DNA of 64,000 nt from Octopus bimaculoides. Lineage: Eukaryota. Below, piece after piece: positions 1-13,419 of this stretch (positions are counted from its first letter, which is position 1; each line of letters starts with the position of its first letter). The translations under genes were made by a program, and so were the position numbers. The DNA lies in contig NC_068999.1 of assembly GCF_001194135.2 (NCBI RefSeq), positions 51,333,909-51,397,908 of the forward strand. The letters run 5' to 3'. The notes beneath the pieces were generated by a model. It saw only the letters and a program-made list of their open reading frames with translations, made no database searches and was not told the origin of the DNA.

Positions 1-879
1 ACATTAAAAACGCCTTGTAGATCTGAATATAATTTCGAAATTCCGTTCACTTCAATACTTATTAATAAAATCGTTGAAACCTCCCCTTACACACGCGCGC
101 GCGCACGCACAATCACACACACACACACTTGCTACGAATAATCTATAATAATAATAATCTATTTTTATTTCAATCATTCATTAAGGATTATCAAATTATG
201 TATATTGACAGCAAGGTAAGCGAATGAAAATAAAACAATATTTCTTTTCTTTTCTTACATATTTTCTTTTTTTATCTCCTTTCTATCACTTTTTTAGTTT
301 CAGTCAGCGAGGGAAACTCGGCAAGCTGTATACCGTGTAATTCTTAATTTGTGGAACGTATCGATAGGCGTTCGTAATTCATCGAATTTACACTAATTGT
401 TTCTCGGTATTTTTCTTTGCCAACATTGATATTACTGATGTGAACTGGCCGCTCTTCGTCATTAAAACCATGTTCCAGCGCCAATTAAGGCTGAATAATT
501 AGTCACAGCTAACGTCATTATACTGTACAATATCCAAGCTTAAATATTGTTATCAGATTCCAATCACATGTTTGGCGAAAATTCTCGTGTAAACACTTCT
601 CTTGATAAGAAATAATATCTTATTTTATTACAACATAAATGGCTTTCCGTCTTCAGTTTCAAAATCAACCATTTGTTTATTTAATTATTTTATTTATTTT
701 CTACAAGTCTTACTGGAAACAGGGTTTTACTGTTTCATTGAGAAACGAGTTTCTTCTGGATAGGGCGATAGCATACAGTAGGTGTTGTTCTCCCAGAAGA
801 ACTTGGACGTAGTGCTATTATTTTCTGAAGATCATCAAGTAACTGAGACAATGTTGACTCACAAGCATCACCTATGATT

Positions 880-1070
880 GCAAAGGAGCTCCCCAACGTG
901 AAGCCTAGACCTATTAGACATAGCAGCTAAAACTCCTTCAAATCAAACTTAGTCCTCTTAAAATAGGATGCGGTCGATGGTGTAGTCTGAACGGCAGTCG
1001 AAATGGTCATATATGGAAAGACTTTGGCCGTAACTTCACTGCTTATGACTCAATGGCTCTCAAAAACAAC
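880..1070 (+). mobile_element. Interspersed repeat fragment (unclassified family; further copies at ~13530-13740 and ~48040-48240)
   Basis: Shares the degenerate motif GACCTATTAGA(C/A)A.AGCAG.TAAA...CC.TCAAATCA with 13571-13610 (GGACTTATTAGAAACAGTAACTCAATTTCCACTAAATCACA) and 48062-48100 (GACCTAATAGAAACTGCAGTCAAACCTACCTCAAATCACA). Confidence 0.4.
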
Positions 1071-1829
1071 AACTCTAAGTCAATTATATGTGAGCCCAAC
1101 TACCATAAATTGGTCGTTATATACTTTATCATATAGATATAAGGCCAACAATTTTTAAGAGAGGAGTTAATCGCTACTATATTTTAGTATGACTAAGGAG
1201 AGTATGGTTTGTTCGTAAATAAACGCCGAGATGAGTGATTTAGAAGAATGGCTTCAGAAAGACAGCCCTTGTTGCCTGTTGCGTAATAAAGTGTGAAATA
1301 GAAGTCAGATGTAGCGAGCTAAGATATTTTCCTTTACAACATGTTACGCCATAAGTGACGAAAAAATAAAAACATTGTTTAAGTTAATATTTTTGATCCA
1401 AAAATGCAATGTAGTATTTCAGAATTTCAGAATTAAATTACGTATAGAATGCAGCAGGAAATAAATCTGACTTATTTAACCACATCAGTTAAGGGTATTC
1501 TCACTGTTATTGCGTGTATTAGCTTTAGAATGGGGAAAGGAATTACATCCAAACTTTTCTTTTCTCATATCTTCTGATATATAATGTAATTAACTATTCT
1601 TTATTCAACTGTGTTTTAAAGGAGGTGCTACAGCAGAGAGTGTAATAAAAGCTTAGTATAAATTATCAGTCGACGTATAACACTAAAATCCTCATCCGTT
1701 CACGATGAAATGTTTTGGCAGTAATCTTATTACGAGTTGGATTTTAAATATCTTTTCAAATACTATTTCAATTTTTTAATGCCTTCAGAAAAAAAAAACA
1801 CGTTGACGCTTAGATAAGTGAACTGGTCT

Positions 1830-2210
1830 GGTTGTGCCTCATCTTATAGAAACGATGAAGGACTCTGACCCTTGATGTATTTTGAAGAAGCAAAGATTTC
1901 TGCTGATATCTAAGATTGTAGGTTTTTATTGTTATCGATTGCTGAGATCGTACGATGGTTATGCTACTAATGCAGGGTGTTTTTGGTACAGGAAAGAACG
2001 TCCTCAATGGTAAAGTGAAGTCGGGTGGGTTTAATTAATTATCTACTTAGCAATTTTAGGTTTCACTCGCTGATCTTGCCATATCCGGTCACTTCATAAC
2101 ATACTAATGAACTAGCTCCTCTTCCATCTTGTTTGTCTGAGTTGACCATCGTTCGATGCTTTCATGACATGGTTATAAAGAGCCTCTTCGGGAGGGGTTA
2201 AATTTTTCTG
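1830..2210 (-). mobile_element. Highly degenerate LINE-like coding remnant
   Basis: Minus-strand translation gives LHFTIEDVLSCTKNTL..., loosely like the pre-RT region of CR1/L2-type LINEs. Many stops; weak evidence. Confidence 0.25.
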
Positions 2211-3449
2211 TTAGGTTTCATGTGATATATTTCTTCCTCGGAAATTTGAGATAAATTCGCAAACAGTACTTTGTTAGGGAAATCGTAACATCCCTATTAG
2301 ATGGCTAATGTTAAGGGAAGTTACTGAAATGATAACGGTTAACTATTGGTTGTTTTAGTATTGTTCGTGGCAAAGACAGTTGAGTTGGTTGTTATGATAA
2401 TGGTTGAGGAGGGTACGGTAGCGTTGACATTGGTATCGATAATAGTAAGTGGAAAAGATGCAGAAAGAGAGAGAGAGAGAGAGAGGAAATAAGGTAGAGG
2501 ATTCTAGGAAGTGAAATGTGTGACGTCACTGTACCTTTAGTTATTTCATTGTTTCATTCTTTGTGTATCAATCTATCTCTCTTCAACTTTCTCCATTACC
2601 ATCAGCAATGTCACCGATGGCGTCTCCGCACTACTACGACTGTAACAACCAACGCCCCTGTCCCCGCCACAACCACTACCATAACAACCAAAAGTTTCTT
2701 GTCTGCTTATTGACACGTGTATAGTTAATTGTGTGTGTGGTGAGGATTTACGTATGTGCATGAATCTATTACACTTTATATCATTTTACACTTTCCAAAA
2801 GAGATACAAAGCAAATGCTTACATGCACTAAAACACACAAATATACACGCACACACACAAACACACACGCAAACGCATGCACGTAACTACACTCAAAAAC
2901 AGATGCGAAATATAACCGCATCAAATACGCAACTATGCATACGCATGAAAGCATATAAACAATATTTTTTATGTATATTTTCTAAATGAAATTAAAATGT
3001 TAAGTTATTTCTTTTAACCCTTAATAATATTTTGAATAATACTTTAAAAGATAAAAGTATTTATTAAAGTTTCAAGGTCAGATAGAAACCTTTAGAAAAC
3101 TCTTCTCTCTGAATAACATATATCATAAATAATACAGCATAAATCTTCAATTAATTCCGAGTATAATATACTTACTTGCTAAATCAATACAGTACTTTGA
3201 AGTAAGTAGCTGTACATTCATCGAAGCATTATGAAGGAAATGACAGGATATAATTAGTGAGAATGGAGATATTTATTTTTGATACTGTACAGCGAAAATG
3301 AGTCCAGAAATGTACACATATACAGCAGAGTATTAAACGTGACATTCATTTCTTTCTGTTGCATTAATCGACTCCGTTCGAAAATGTCGATGGGGTCAAG
3401 GGTTCTCAGTCATTTAAAAGCTACGGAGACAATCTTCATCATTCATATA

Positions 3450-3560
3450 CAGTCACCCCTCGCCATATCGCGGTTAACCTATCGCAGTTTATTATTTAAG
3501 ATTACGTCAATTCATCAGTGGTGTTATTTGAATTTATAATAAAATAAATTTATACAAATC

Positions 3561-3606
<46 letters not shown>

Positions 3607-3693
3607 TGTACAATTCTGTTTCTACTTCGCGGGTTTTCATTTATTGCGGGGCTGGGGTGGAACGTATCACCCGCAATAGTCGAGGGATTATTG
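3450..3693 (+). mobile_element. pogo/Tigger-like MITE, copy 1 (internal (TA)n)
   Basis: TA-CAGTCACCCCTCGCCATATCGCG ... CGCAATAGTCGAGGGATTATTG-TA. Imperfect ~23-bp TIRs of the Tigger type with TA flanks (3448-3449, 3694-3695). Homologous to 11578-11800 in the opposite orientation. Confidence 0.8.
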
Positions 3694-5730
3694 TACTTGT
3701 TTTTAATGGATCATCCGTTGATGTTCAATACTAACTTGTACCAATTTAAGTATCGAAGCTTCGCTACAGAAAATAATAACGGATTGATAACAGTAATTGA
3801 ATTATTTTATTGCGGTCTTTGCTGCAAGTTTTACGAAGCCTTATTCATTGATTGAAAGAATTATTATTTAATTTATTGAATTATTCAGGAGAAACATAAC
3901 AAAGTATCAGCTCCCAATAAACCAAAATGAACGAGCTGCTTTCGCTCACTTATCGATATCACAAAATTTATCTGAAAGCAATTTGTGTGATGTTTTCGTC
4001 GATATATTTCACGAGATTTTCGAACCATCGACCCTAACAATACAGTCCAAATTTGTAATTACTACTACATCATAAAAAAAAAGTAAAACGAAAGTAAACG
4101 ACGGAAATATTTACAATGTTTATCGCATAAATTAAATTATACGTTTTGATAAGCAGCTTAAATTTTCGCAAAACCAATACGTTAAGTGTGAATTATGTTC
4201 TATTCGCAACACGTTAATTACAATAACATACAATCCTGATTACTTCCCTAGTGGAATGAAGATTTATCACCTTATTAAGAGTTCTTATGAATAAAACCGA
4301 TAAATTTTAACGAAAGCTATATTAAAGCTGAAATGCTTATTTACATACACCGAAACAAATACAAACATCGACTGTGGCAATTACATATAATCATATAATC
4401 ACAGATAAAAGAAAATACATGAACACAACAACATACACACAGACACAAACTCGTTGAATCACACAAACACACAGTCTCTTAGATGTAAATATATGCAGAT
4501 ATATCATGATACTGTTAATAACAGGCATAAATATTTACAAAAACTAACAGGAAAAGGAAACAAAAAACTACAGCAGAAACCTACATAATTACAAGTAAAC
4601 AACATAGCACCAGCATACACACACTTAGATGTGCTGAGGACATTTCGAAATAAGTGTTATTATGGTAGCTCCATTTAAAATCCGATCACGCAGGTGATGG
4701 ACATGTCTGAAATATAACTTCAAATGTAGGGGAGGTCAGAAACAGTTGTATATTAGAGAAATACATTGTCAAGACGTGACATTATTACGATTAATTTCCT
4801 ATTTGCTCTTGAAATTTTATGCATTAGACATTAATAAATGCGTTTCCTACTGCCTTGAAATTTTAGCCGTCATTTAGGCAAAAGGCTTCATATTTCCTTG
4901 AAATTCTAATATAGTTGAGGTTACCAACGGCGTATTGGACTTATATATAGGACGGTACTTAAGTGTATATACTTACATCAGTCACAAAATATCAGTAATT
5001 GGGTTTAAAGTCTTTCCATGTATATAAACTACTACCTACAATGTAACTACCATAGTTAAACAAACATATAACTTAAGATAATAACGTTAGATGAACGTAA
5101 TCAATAATCAATCAATCAATCGGGAAAAAAAAAGAAACGACCATTTCAATTACATACTTTGCGTGGAATTACTTGATTTAAACCATTTCTAGTTATACGC
5201 ACAATATATATTTAAATACAACGGAACGAATCTGATATCGTAAAGCTTAAAATGCTCTGCACGCATGGTTATTATTTTGTGTCTGTCTGCGTCTGATTGC
5301 CTTTTTCTTTATTGAACTGACTGTCTTCCGTGTTCAACGAAGCTTGCGAATTGTTACTTATAAAATCAGAGTTAAATGATGAAAAATAATTCCCGTGCAT
5401 AGAATTATGTATAAGAGAAACAACAAGCTGATAAAGGATGATATTAGATAAACATTGAAAGCATGATAGTATTCAACCTGCCGAGAAACACGCACACACA
5501 CACACCTAAATACATAAGTATGGGTTATCTTCTTTTTTTCCTTCGGATGTTATTTAGGAGAAAGAGAAACTGTCCAAACATACCATGGAGCATAAAAAAT
5601 GCATACATACATGCACAAACACGTATTCACTATATGCAAGCATATATGTATACACATATGCATACGCATGTAGCAATATGAATCATGCATCTGTGAGTGT
5701 GTATATGTGTGTGTTTAGAAATTAACACAG

Positions 5731-5785
<55 letters not shown>

Positions 5786-6399
5786 TATTTATATCTATTT
5801 AACTATCTATTTCTGTATACATATTTCTGTACGTGTATGTGTGTGCGTGCGTGCGTGTATGTATGTGTGTGTGTGTGTGTGTGTATTTACGTGTATTAGG
5901 CAAAGGGAAAATTGGACAATGTATTAGTTTGAACTCTAAACTGAGGGTTTGTGTCCAGGCCCCACTGCAGCTTCGTTGTTTCCTGGTGACATGTTCTGAA
6001 TGATCGTTCTATAAGATTTAGAGAAAAATTTCATTTGAGGTAGCGTGTTCCGATAAATTCAAAAGCAGGTGTATTCCTTATCATCGTGAGAGTTAAGAGT
6101 TAAGCCTTTAATGAATGTTCAGAATATAGAATCCGCTTGAAATAATAGCAACCATCAAAATTTTTCGATGTCAAATTTTTTTTTTTTACGTATATATACA
6201 CATATATACACAAAGAATATCATAAAACTAGACATTTGTCACAAATCTTGAAATGTTACGATGATTCCATTGTAACATTCGTGTGTAGGCAAAACGTTAG
6301 AGAATGCAATCGAGTTGTTTCTTGCAATAAACACATCTAAAGCATATTTTTTTTCAGATCCTTAATATGCTACTGTGGGACTCAATTTACTTAATTTGC

Positions 6400-6467
6400 T
6401 TGCGTAGACCCCCAAAACCTCCCATGGTCCGCCAGGGGTCATACGTTCTCTGGTTGAAAAATCACTG
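6400..6467 (-). mobile_element. Possible hAT (Charlie-like) MITE end
   Basis: Reverse complement starts CAGTGATTTTTCAACC, resembling CAGTGGTTCTCAAC-type hAT termini. The partner end was not found. Confidence 0.3.
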
Positions 6468-6974
6468 TCTTCAGCAGTCAATTCGACCGTCGAATTAGAA
6501 CAGAGAGCAGTGGATGGATGCCTTGGGTCTGCAGATGGCTGAGGTCCACAAAGGTATTAGGGAAAATTACATAGGTCTGATCACTGTGATTAGAATTTTT
6601 AAAAGGCTGAAATGTAAAATACGACAATGCTCGGTTATCTGTCATTTATCAAGGTATGTATATTTTTCAATTCAAAGATGAAACTTGAAAAATGGGTTTG
6701 TTGTTAAATTTAATAAAATATCTACGTTTTGAGAAGAAAATTATTTCAAAAGTTTGGGGCCCATGAGGACACTCATTTAAATTAAAGGGTTGGTTGGTGG
6801 AAAAATTGATGGGAGCGAGCCACTACCATAGATGGTTCGTCGTTGGCCCGTTGCTCAAGTGTACGTTTGTGTATGTATATATGTATAAGAATGTTTAAAT
6901 AAATGCATGGATGTATGTGAATCAGAAACACTTTGTGACAATGTAGGTGGTGCAGTATCTGTCGTTGTCAGTGT

Positions 6975-7011
6975 GTGTTTGTTGTCAGTGTGTGTGTGTG
7001 TGTGTGTGTGG

Positions 7012-7071
<60 letters not shown>
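6975..7071. repeat. (TG)n microsatellite
   Basis: Direct reading; source of the poly-VC/poly-HT ORFs. Confidence 0.95.
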
Positions 7072-7072
<1 letters not shown>

Positions 7073-8015
7073 TGTGCTGGACTAGATTGTGAGCGACGTC
7101 TGAGCGAGGAAGTGTGTATGCAGGAATCATGCAAAGCCTGAGAATCTAAACGTGCATATTTATTATCTGCTTCTGCATATAAGGTTATGTAATTTGATTG
7201 AACAGTCGTATATACGCACACATACATATGTATATAATCCTCTCCCTCTTTCACTCTTTCTCTCTCTCTCTCTTTCTCTCTGTATATATCTATACACACA
7301 CACATACACATACACGCGTGCGCAATCATACGACCATACAATTATGTCAGTTCATTCATATTTGATTGTGAACGTATGAACGTGTATGTAAATGCACCAG
7401 ATAAATATCTGTGTAAATGCGCGTGTGTGTGAGGAGAGAGAGAGAGAGAGTGAGAGAGAGATAAAGAGAAAGAGAAAGAGAGAGAGAATGACAAACAAAC
7501 AGAAACAGTGAAGCAAGGGGGGAGCAAAGAGAAATAGCATACTGTATGCGACAGAGAGAGAGAGAAAAAAAAACAGACTGAGAGACTGAGAGACAGAGAG
7601 ACAGAGAGACAGACAGCGACGTGGAGAGTGAGCGACAGGCGAAGATGGTGAGGAGATGGAGAGGAGACGGAGAGGAAGGAGCCTGAAGAGATCCATTGCA
7701 ACATTCATAATATTCTTATGTACTTAAAGCATATTTAAAACACGTCAAAATTGAATGTAACCAATAAGGATTTAATAGAAAGAGCTAACGAAAATATAAG
7801 TTGTAATCCGATCCATTATCCCTCTTCAAATATGAACTTAGCGTAATTTATTTTTATCTTATTTTATTTTATTGCATCGTGTTTCTTTTTATTCTAAATT
7901 TATTAGTTATTTACTTTTATACATTCTTTGGATTTCTATATGATTGGAATAAATTTGTATTCTGTAAGAGATATGAACGTGTAGAAGACGGTGAAGTGAG
8001 TGAAAGTCTTTGCAG

Positions 8016-8057
8016 CTACGTGAACTGTTTGTTCAGGTCGTGGAGTTCTGTGCTTAC
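8016..8057 (+). other. Candidate 42-nt micro-exon (phase-0 reading LRELFVQVVEFCAY)
   Basis: GTCTTTGCAG acceptor and TAC|GTAAGC donor; open in phase 0. No homology recognised. Confidence 0.25.
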
Positions 8058-8565
8058 GTAAGCATTAGAGGAACAAAAAAAATGCACAAACGCAGCAGAT
8101 ATACTCAGACTTATTCCAACGCATATCCATATGCGTAATTACATTCACGTACGCACACAAATAGAAAGTGAGTGAGAGTTAACCTGAACATGTATTCTGA
8201 ATACATTGAATTTCTTTTAGCCTCGAAGTGAAATGCAGGTCTTCAGGGTAGACCACATGTTCATTTCAAATCGAAGCTAATAATTTGCGATAAAATAGTC
8301 CTTAATTTAACGCACTTCTCTAACCTGTGACTAAGCAGAATTCTACTAGATATTTATATCTGTTATATTTTAGCTGTTTCATGCTCCAATGCTGCAGCAT
8401 GGGAACAAATCAAACATAGTACTTTCTAAGTTTGACATTTATTTTTTCGCTGACGTTTGCTGAATCATTAAGTGACTAAGGTAGAGATAAATCAGCACTG
8501 GCTGTTTGGCAGTGGGTGAACGGACAAACGTAAACACAAACATAAACTCACATATATAAATATAT

Positions 8566-8720
8566 GGCGCAGGCGAGGCTGTGTGGTAAGAAGCTTCCTT
8601 CTCAAACACATATTCCCGGGTTCAGTCCCACTGCGTAGCACCTTTAATCAGACTATTACTATTGCCTCGGACCGACGACGAAAGCCTTCCGAGTGAATTT
8701 GGCAGGTGAAAGAAGCGCCC
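8566..8720 (+). mobile_element. tRNA-derived SINE (family B) with a (GT)n tail running to ~8870
   Basis: GGCGCAGGCGAGGCTGTGTGGTAAGAAGC (A-box-like) ... GGGTTCAGTCCCAC (B-box-like), ending in a long (GT)n tract. Homologous to 12408-12550 and 27331-27490. Confidence 0.75.
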
Positions 8721-8801
<81 letters not shown>

Positions 8802-9710
8802 TGTGTGTGTGTGTGTGCTTTTGTGTTTGTGTGTGTGTGTGTGAGTTTTTCTCTGTGTGTGCGTGTGGGCGTGTGTAGAGCTACTAATATTTTCATGTTG
8901 TAGAGATACAATAATTTGGCAGATTTATATAACCTGCCATGTGTTTTCAAACAGTTTTTCAGGCTCAGCGCATACTGTTAGACGTATTTAAAAAGGTTGT
9001 CTATAAGGAAACATTGTTAAATTACATTGATATTGTTCTTTAATAATTTGATCATACCTTATTTGCAACTTCTAAAATTGTTTATTTTGAGCCCTAATGT
9101 GATTTAAACAATAATTAACGTGAAGACAGTGAGAATTGTAACTGCAGCCATTAGCGAATTAAAGGGTCCAGTCTTCGGTGACTCAACAATATCAGTATTG
9201 CTTATAATGGAAGTAACGGGCATTAAATGGATTTGTTAGTATGTTTGCCATTATGTGACCAGCTTATGAATGGATATGTCTGAATATATGCAGATGCTTA
9301 AACACATGCGCAGAGGTGATTGGATATGTTATTCTATACTTATATGACTTTGTGTTTTTGTTCGAGTGCATTTGTTGCATGTCATACGTAAGTAAATATA
9401 TAAACTTTAGATATTTGAACAGAATGAGCTACAGTTATTGATTTATATGCATTACCATTGTGACACAACACCATTTAAGATTAGTCTTGTCTTCAAAAAA
9501 AATCAATGATAACAACCTGCAGTCATTGGTTTCCTATTCAATACCTCGCTTGCATACTAACTCCAATATTTTATTGCAAGAAGTAAAAGACACTGGGACC
9601 ACTGCAGTGCATACAAAACGGCACAAATATTTATAGTGTTTTCTATACCAAGAAAAGAAAGCACTGAAAACCAATAATTTTTTTCTTCTGCAGAGTATAG
9701 GATGAAAGTT

Positions 9711-10239
9711 NNNNNNNNNNNNNNNNNNNNNNNNNNNNNNNNNNNNNNNNNNNNNNNNNNNNNNNNNNNNNNNNNNNNNNNNNNNNNNNNNNNNNNNNNN
9801 NNNNNNNNNNNNNNNNNNNNNNNNNNNNNNNNNNNNNNNNNNNNNNNNNNNNNNNNNNNNNNNNNNNNNNNNNNNNNNNNNNNNNNNNNNNNNNNNNNNN
9901 NNNNNNNNNNNNNNNNNNNNNNNNNNNNNNNNNNNNNNNNNNNNNNNNNNNNNNNNNNNNNNNNNNNNNNNNNNNNNNNNNNNNNNNNNNNNNNNNNNNN
10001 NNNNNNNNNNNNNNNNNNNNNNNNNNNNNNNNNNNNNNNNNNNNNNNNNNNNNNNNNNNNNNNNNNNNNNNNNNNNNNNNNNNNNNNNNNNNNNNNNNNN
10101 NNNNNNNNNNNNNNNNNNNNNNNNNNNNNNNNNNNNNNNNNNNNNNNNNNNNNNNNNNNNNNNNNNNNNNNNNNNNNNNNNNNNNNNNNNNNNNNNNNNN
10201 NNNNNNNNNNNNNNNNNNNNNNNNNNNNNNNNNNNNNNT
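9711..10239. other. Assembly gap (N run)
   Basis: One of 17 N runs. The others lie at about 16095-16226, 16981-16999, 21635-22627, 23598-24256, 28936-29199, 32273-32378, 33692-34322, 35386-36180, 36908-36917, 40405-40939, 41943-42537, 43473-43482, 45398-45444, 50884-50925, 52457-52700 and 62924-63139. Most are bordered by (TA)n or (TG)n. Confidence 0.99.
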
Positions 10240-11384
10240 ATATATATATACATATATAAATATATATATTCTTTTTTACCATTAGTGTAGTCTGCCAACG
10301 TTGTAACCTGCATCAAATTTTGTGTGAAGCTGTGTACTGGTTCTTGATCTCCTAATTACATTCCGTTCCGAAACATGCACGATAAACACTTTTAACGAAC
10401 TCTATTGATATGTGTCTCTTTCCACTCAACAAATACGCCACGTATTTCTTAAAATATGTTCGAAAATCCTCTAGAGATATCTCTAGAAGCTATTATTAAA
10501 TCCATGGAGTGAACTGATTATTAATATCTGAAATGCAAATATAAATTATATTATTCGCAGATAATATTATGTATGATAATTACGTTCAGTAAATACCCAA
10601 CAGGAAAACTATTTTATATGATGTCAATTAAAAGTATATGCATTCGAAAAAGAGATGAAAAATATCAATATTCAAAAAAGAATTATTCCATTAATATTTT
10701 CAAAAGAAAAAGATTTAGGGGGAATAGTAGGTAACATTTTTAATTAGGCACGACGAAGGGCTTTTTAATAACCTCTTAAATTTGATCTAGTTTGTTGATT
10801 TTATAAGTACAAATAATATGTGTGGGAAAGGTGTTCATGTCAGGCAAATTTATTTTCTCAAATCTATAAATCAAATCCTACTGATTTTTACAATAGCAAT
10901 TAAAATTTTTGTGTCTTACCTCTATACGAATTCTGAATGTTTACACTACTCGTGCTGTCACTAAATATTTCCAATTTTATACATCCGGTACCATCGGAAG
11001 TATCTCTATCCAACGAAGAATACTATCAAATACTATCTTATAGCAGGGTTTCTCTTTTCACTTGTTATACATGTGGAAATCTGGAAATATCTACAAAATT
11101 TATACTAAAGAATTTCGATTCAAGAGGATGAAAAGAACAGGTTTTAATCCAAATCACTACAATTGTTTCAGCGCATCGTTATCTGTCGGTAATCGCTGAA
11201 CGTTACACATATTATACACATTAGTGTGCTCATATGATCCAGAGCACTGGTTTATTAGTTTGAGTTTCCTTTTATTTCTACCTTCATACTATTCTTAGCA
11301 TCCCATGAACAAAGAGCATCACCGAAATACAAACAGATATCACTGAAGAAAAAATACCATAAAGAAAAAGGATTAATACAGACA

Positions 11385-11427
11385 GACATACAGACAGACC
11401 GGCAGGCAGGCACACAGTCAGGCAGAA

Positions 11428-11496
<69 letters not shown>
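11385..11496. repeat. Compound (GACA)n/(GGCA)n/(GATA)n microsatellite
   Basis: Direct reading. Confidence 0.9.
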
Positions 11497-11497
<1 letters not shown>

Positions 11498-11577
11498 GTG
11501 CGTAAATAGATTATGTACGTACATGAATGTCCGTCTATGTAAATACGTCCATAGTCATTTTATCACTTATTCGAGTA

Positions 11578-11800
11578 CAGTAATCCCTCGACTATCGTGT
11601 GTATTACATTACAAAACCCCACGCGATAGGTGAAAATCCGCGAAGTAGGAACGGTACTGTACTGTATATATTTTGTTGCTCTTCTTAAAATTTGTATATA
11701 TTTATTTTATTATAAATGCAAAACAACCCCGCGGAGGAATCAACGTAAGCTTAAATAATAAACCGCGATATGTGAAACGCGATATGGCGAGGCATTACTT
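11578..11800 (-). mobile_element. pogo/Tigger-like MITE, copy 2
   Basis: TA-CAGTAATCCCTCGACTATCGTG ... CGCGATATGGCGAGGCATTACTT-TA. The reverse complement of its right end aligns over ~60 bp with the left end of 3450-3693. Confidence 0.8.
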
Positions 11801-12407
11801 TATCACTATCTGTTTGCGCATACATGTGTATGGGTGAGTTTGTGTTTATTTGTCGTGCCAATCATATTCCTGCAGTTTTTATCTCCAATTGTCTCTACAT
11901 GTTCTTACTGTGCTGTGTTGATAGTGTAAAGTAAACTGTTATTCGAATCAGATGACATTGGAGGTGAAATATAGGATTTAAAAAATCAATAGTAATTAAC
12001 AAAAAAGAAATAACATATCTTGAGAAACCGCTATTATTTTGGGTTATCAAGGTTAAATATTTTGTGTTTGTTCCTCAATGAATATAGGCCAACATTATCA
12101 ATGAATTGAATAGAAGGAACGGTGTTTGTTTATGAATAAATGTGGGACATTTACAACGAGTAACTGAACGCACACATACAAAGAGATAACGTCTGTATTT
12201 AAAGATTACTATTATTTCTGTTGTATGTGTAAATATCTGCATATATATATGTGGCCTTATCTATATTTATGTATGTATGTCTATCCGTGAGTTTGTGTGT
12301 ATATGGGAATGTATGTATGTTTATCACTATCTGTGCGTATCTGTTAGCGTTCGGATTAAAGTATATGGTCTTTTTTATATATATTGTTGCATGTGTCATG
12401 TATACTC

Positions 12408-12550
12408 GGCGGTATGGTCATTTAGTTAAGAAGCCCGTCTGCAGTAACATTGTTTCCTGTTCAGGCTTGCTGCGTGCCATCTTGGGAGACTGTTTACTCT
12501 TTTTATATCCCAGGGCTGACTGATATCATGTGAACGAACTTGGTTTGTTT
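12408..12550 (+). mobile_element. Degenerate SINE family B copy
   Basis: GGTATGGTCATTTAGTTAAGAAGC...GTTCAGGCTTGCTGCGTGCCATCTTGGG...CCAGGGCTGACTGAT is colinear with 8566-8720. Confidence 0.5.
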
Positions 12551-12862
12551 ACGTTCGTTCCCATAACATTAAGGATTCTTCAAAAGAGACAGATAGAATT
12601 AGTAGCAGACTTCTAACAAATAAGTACTGAAATTGATTTGCTCGATTAACCACTTCAGGAAATCTTCGGAAGAAAGGTGTTGGCAGGCAAACTGCTTTTT
12701 CTGTAGCAAACTACAAAAAAATGCTCGTGTTTATTGGCAGTATGATCCGCTGCGTTCCTGAATAAGAGGTCCCAACCCTGAAATATTGAAATACCACTTG
12801 AATTGAATTGAGCTTGTGTACAGTACATACTTTTGATTAGTATGTACAAATCATTTGTGCAG

Positions 12863-12904
12863 GTCATTCAACAAGACAATGTAGAAGATTCTTTCTTGGA
12901 CTAC
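12863..12904 (+). other. Candidate 42-nt micro-exon (phase-0 reading VIQQDNVEDSFLDY)
   Basis: TCATTTGTGCAG acceptor and TAC|GTGAGA donor; open in phase 0. No homology recognised. Confidence 0.2.
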
Positions 12905-12930
12905 GTGAGACTACCATCACACACACAGAC

Positions 12931-13047
<117 letters not shown>

Positions 13048-13324
13048 CATTTAGGTGTGATCGATGAGTTTAGCCACTGCAAATATGACTTTAATGAATC
13101 CTTTATTTTTAATTCACATAGTCCAGGAGAAGTTGCAGTCGCTCTTCATTATTCAAATAAAAAGCCAGCTGTTATTTACATGCATGCATGACTATGTAAC
13201 ATGCGCCATTCGTTCACTAACTTTTGTTTTATGTCCCTACGTAATCGCGAGGAGACAAAGAATTTCTCAACTCCTACTCCCTTTTCCCCGGTGACACGTC
13301 CAGGACTTGACAGCAAGAGGGAGA

Positions 13325-13419
13325 GAACAAAGTGAAATGAAGGGCTACCTAGTCTGGAATCGAACCTACAACACTTTGATCGTGAGTCGAACAGCCCTAA
13401 TCACTATGCCACGAGCCTT
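13325..13419 (-). mobile_element. tRNA-like SINE head (family C)
   Basis: Reverse complement GGCTCGTGGCATAGTGATTAGGGCTGTTCGACTC...GTAGGTTCGATTCCAG: A box TGGCATAGTGATTAG, B box GGTTCGATTCC. Confidence 0.6.

Noticed and set aside
330-540. TAAT/ATTA homeodomain-motif-rich unique islands (also ~18060-18170 and 58490-58560)
   Set aside because: TAAT is too frequent in AT-rich DNA to show enrichment by eye; conservation data would be needed.
4620-4706. Possible minus-strand terminal exon (GTTATATTTCAG acceptor; MSITCVIGF* or HVHHLRDRILNGATIITLISKCPQHI*)
   Set aside because: No recognisable homology and no supporting upstream exon; cannot be told apart from a chance acceptor.
6036-6043. TGAGGTAG (let-7 5' end/seed)
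   Set aside because: Only 8 nt match; the rest of the let-7 mature sequence is absent and no hairpin arm is evident.
10470-10487. Perfect 18-bp palindrome TCTAGAGATATCTCTAGA
   Set aside because: Isolated, with no associated element or motif; cannot assign a function.
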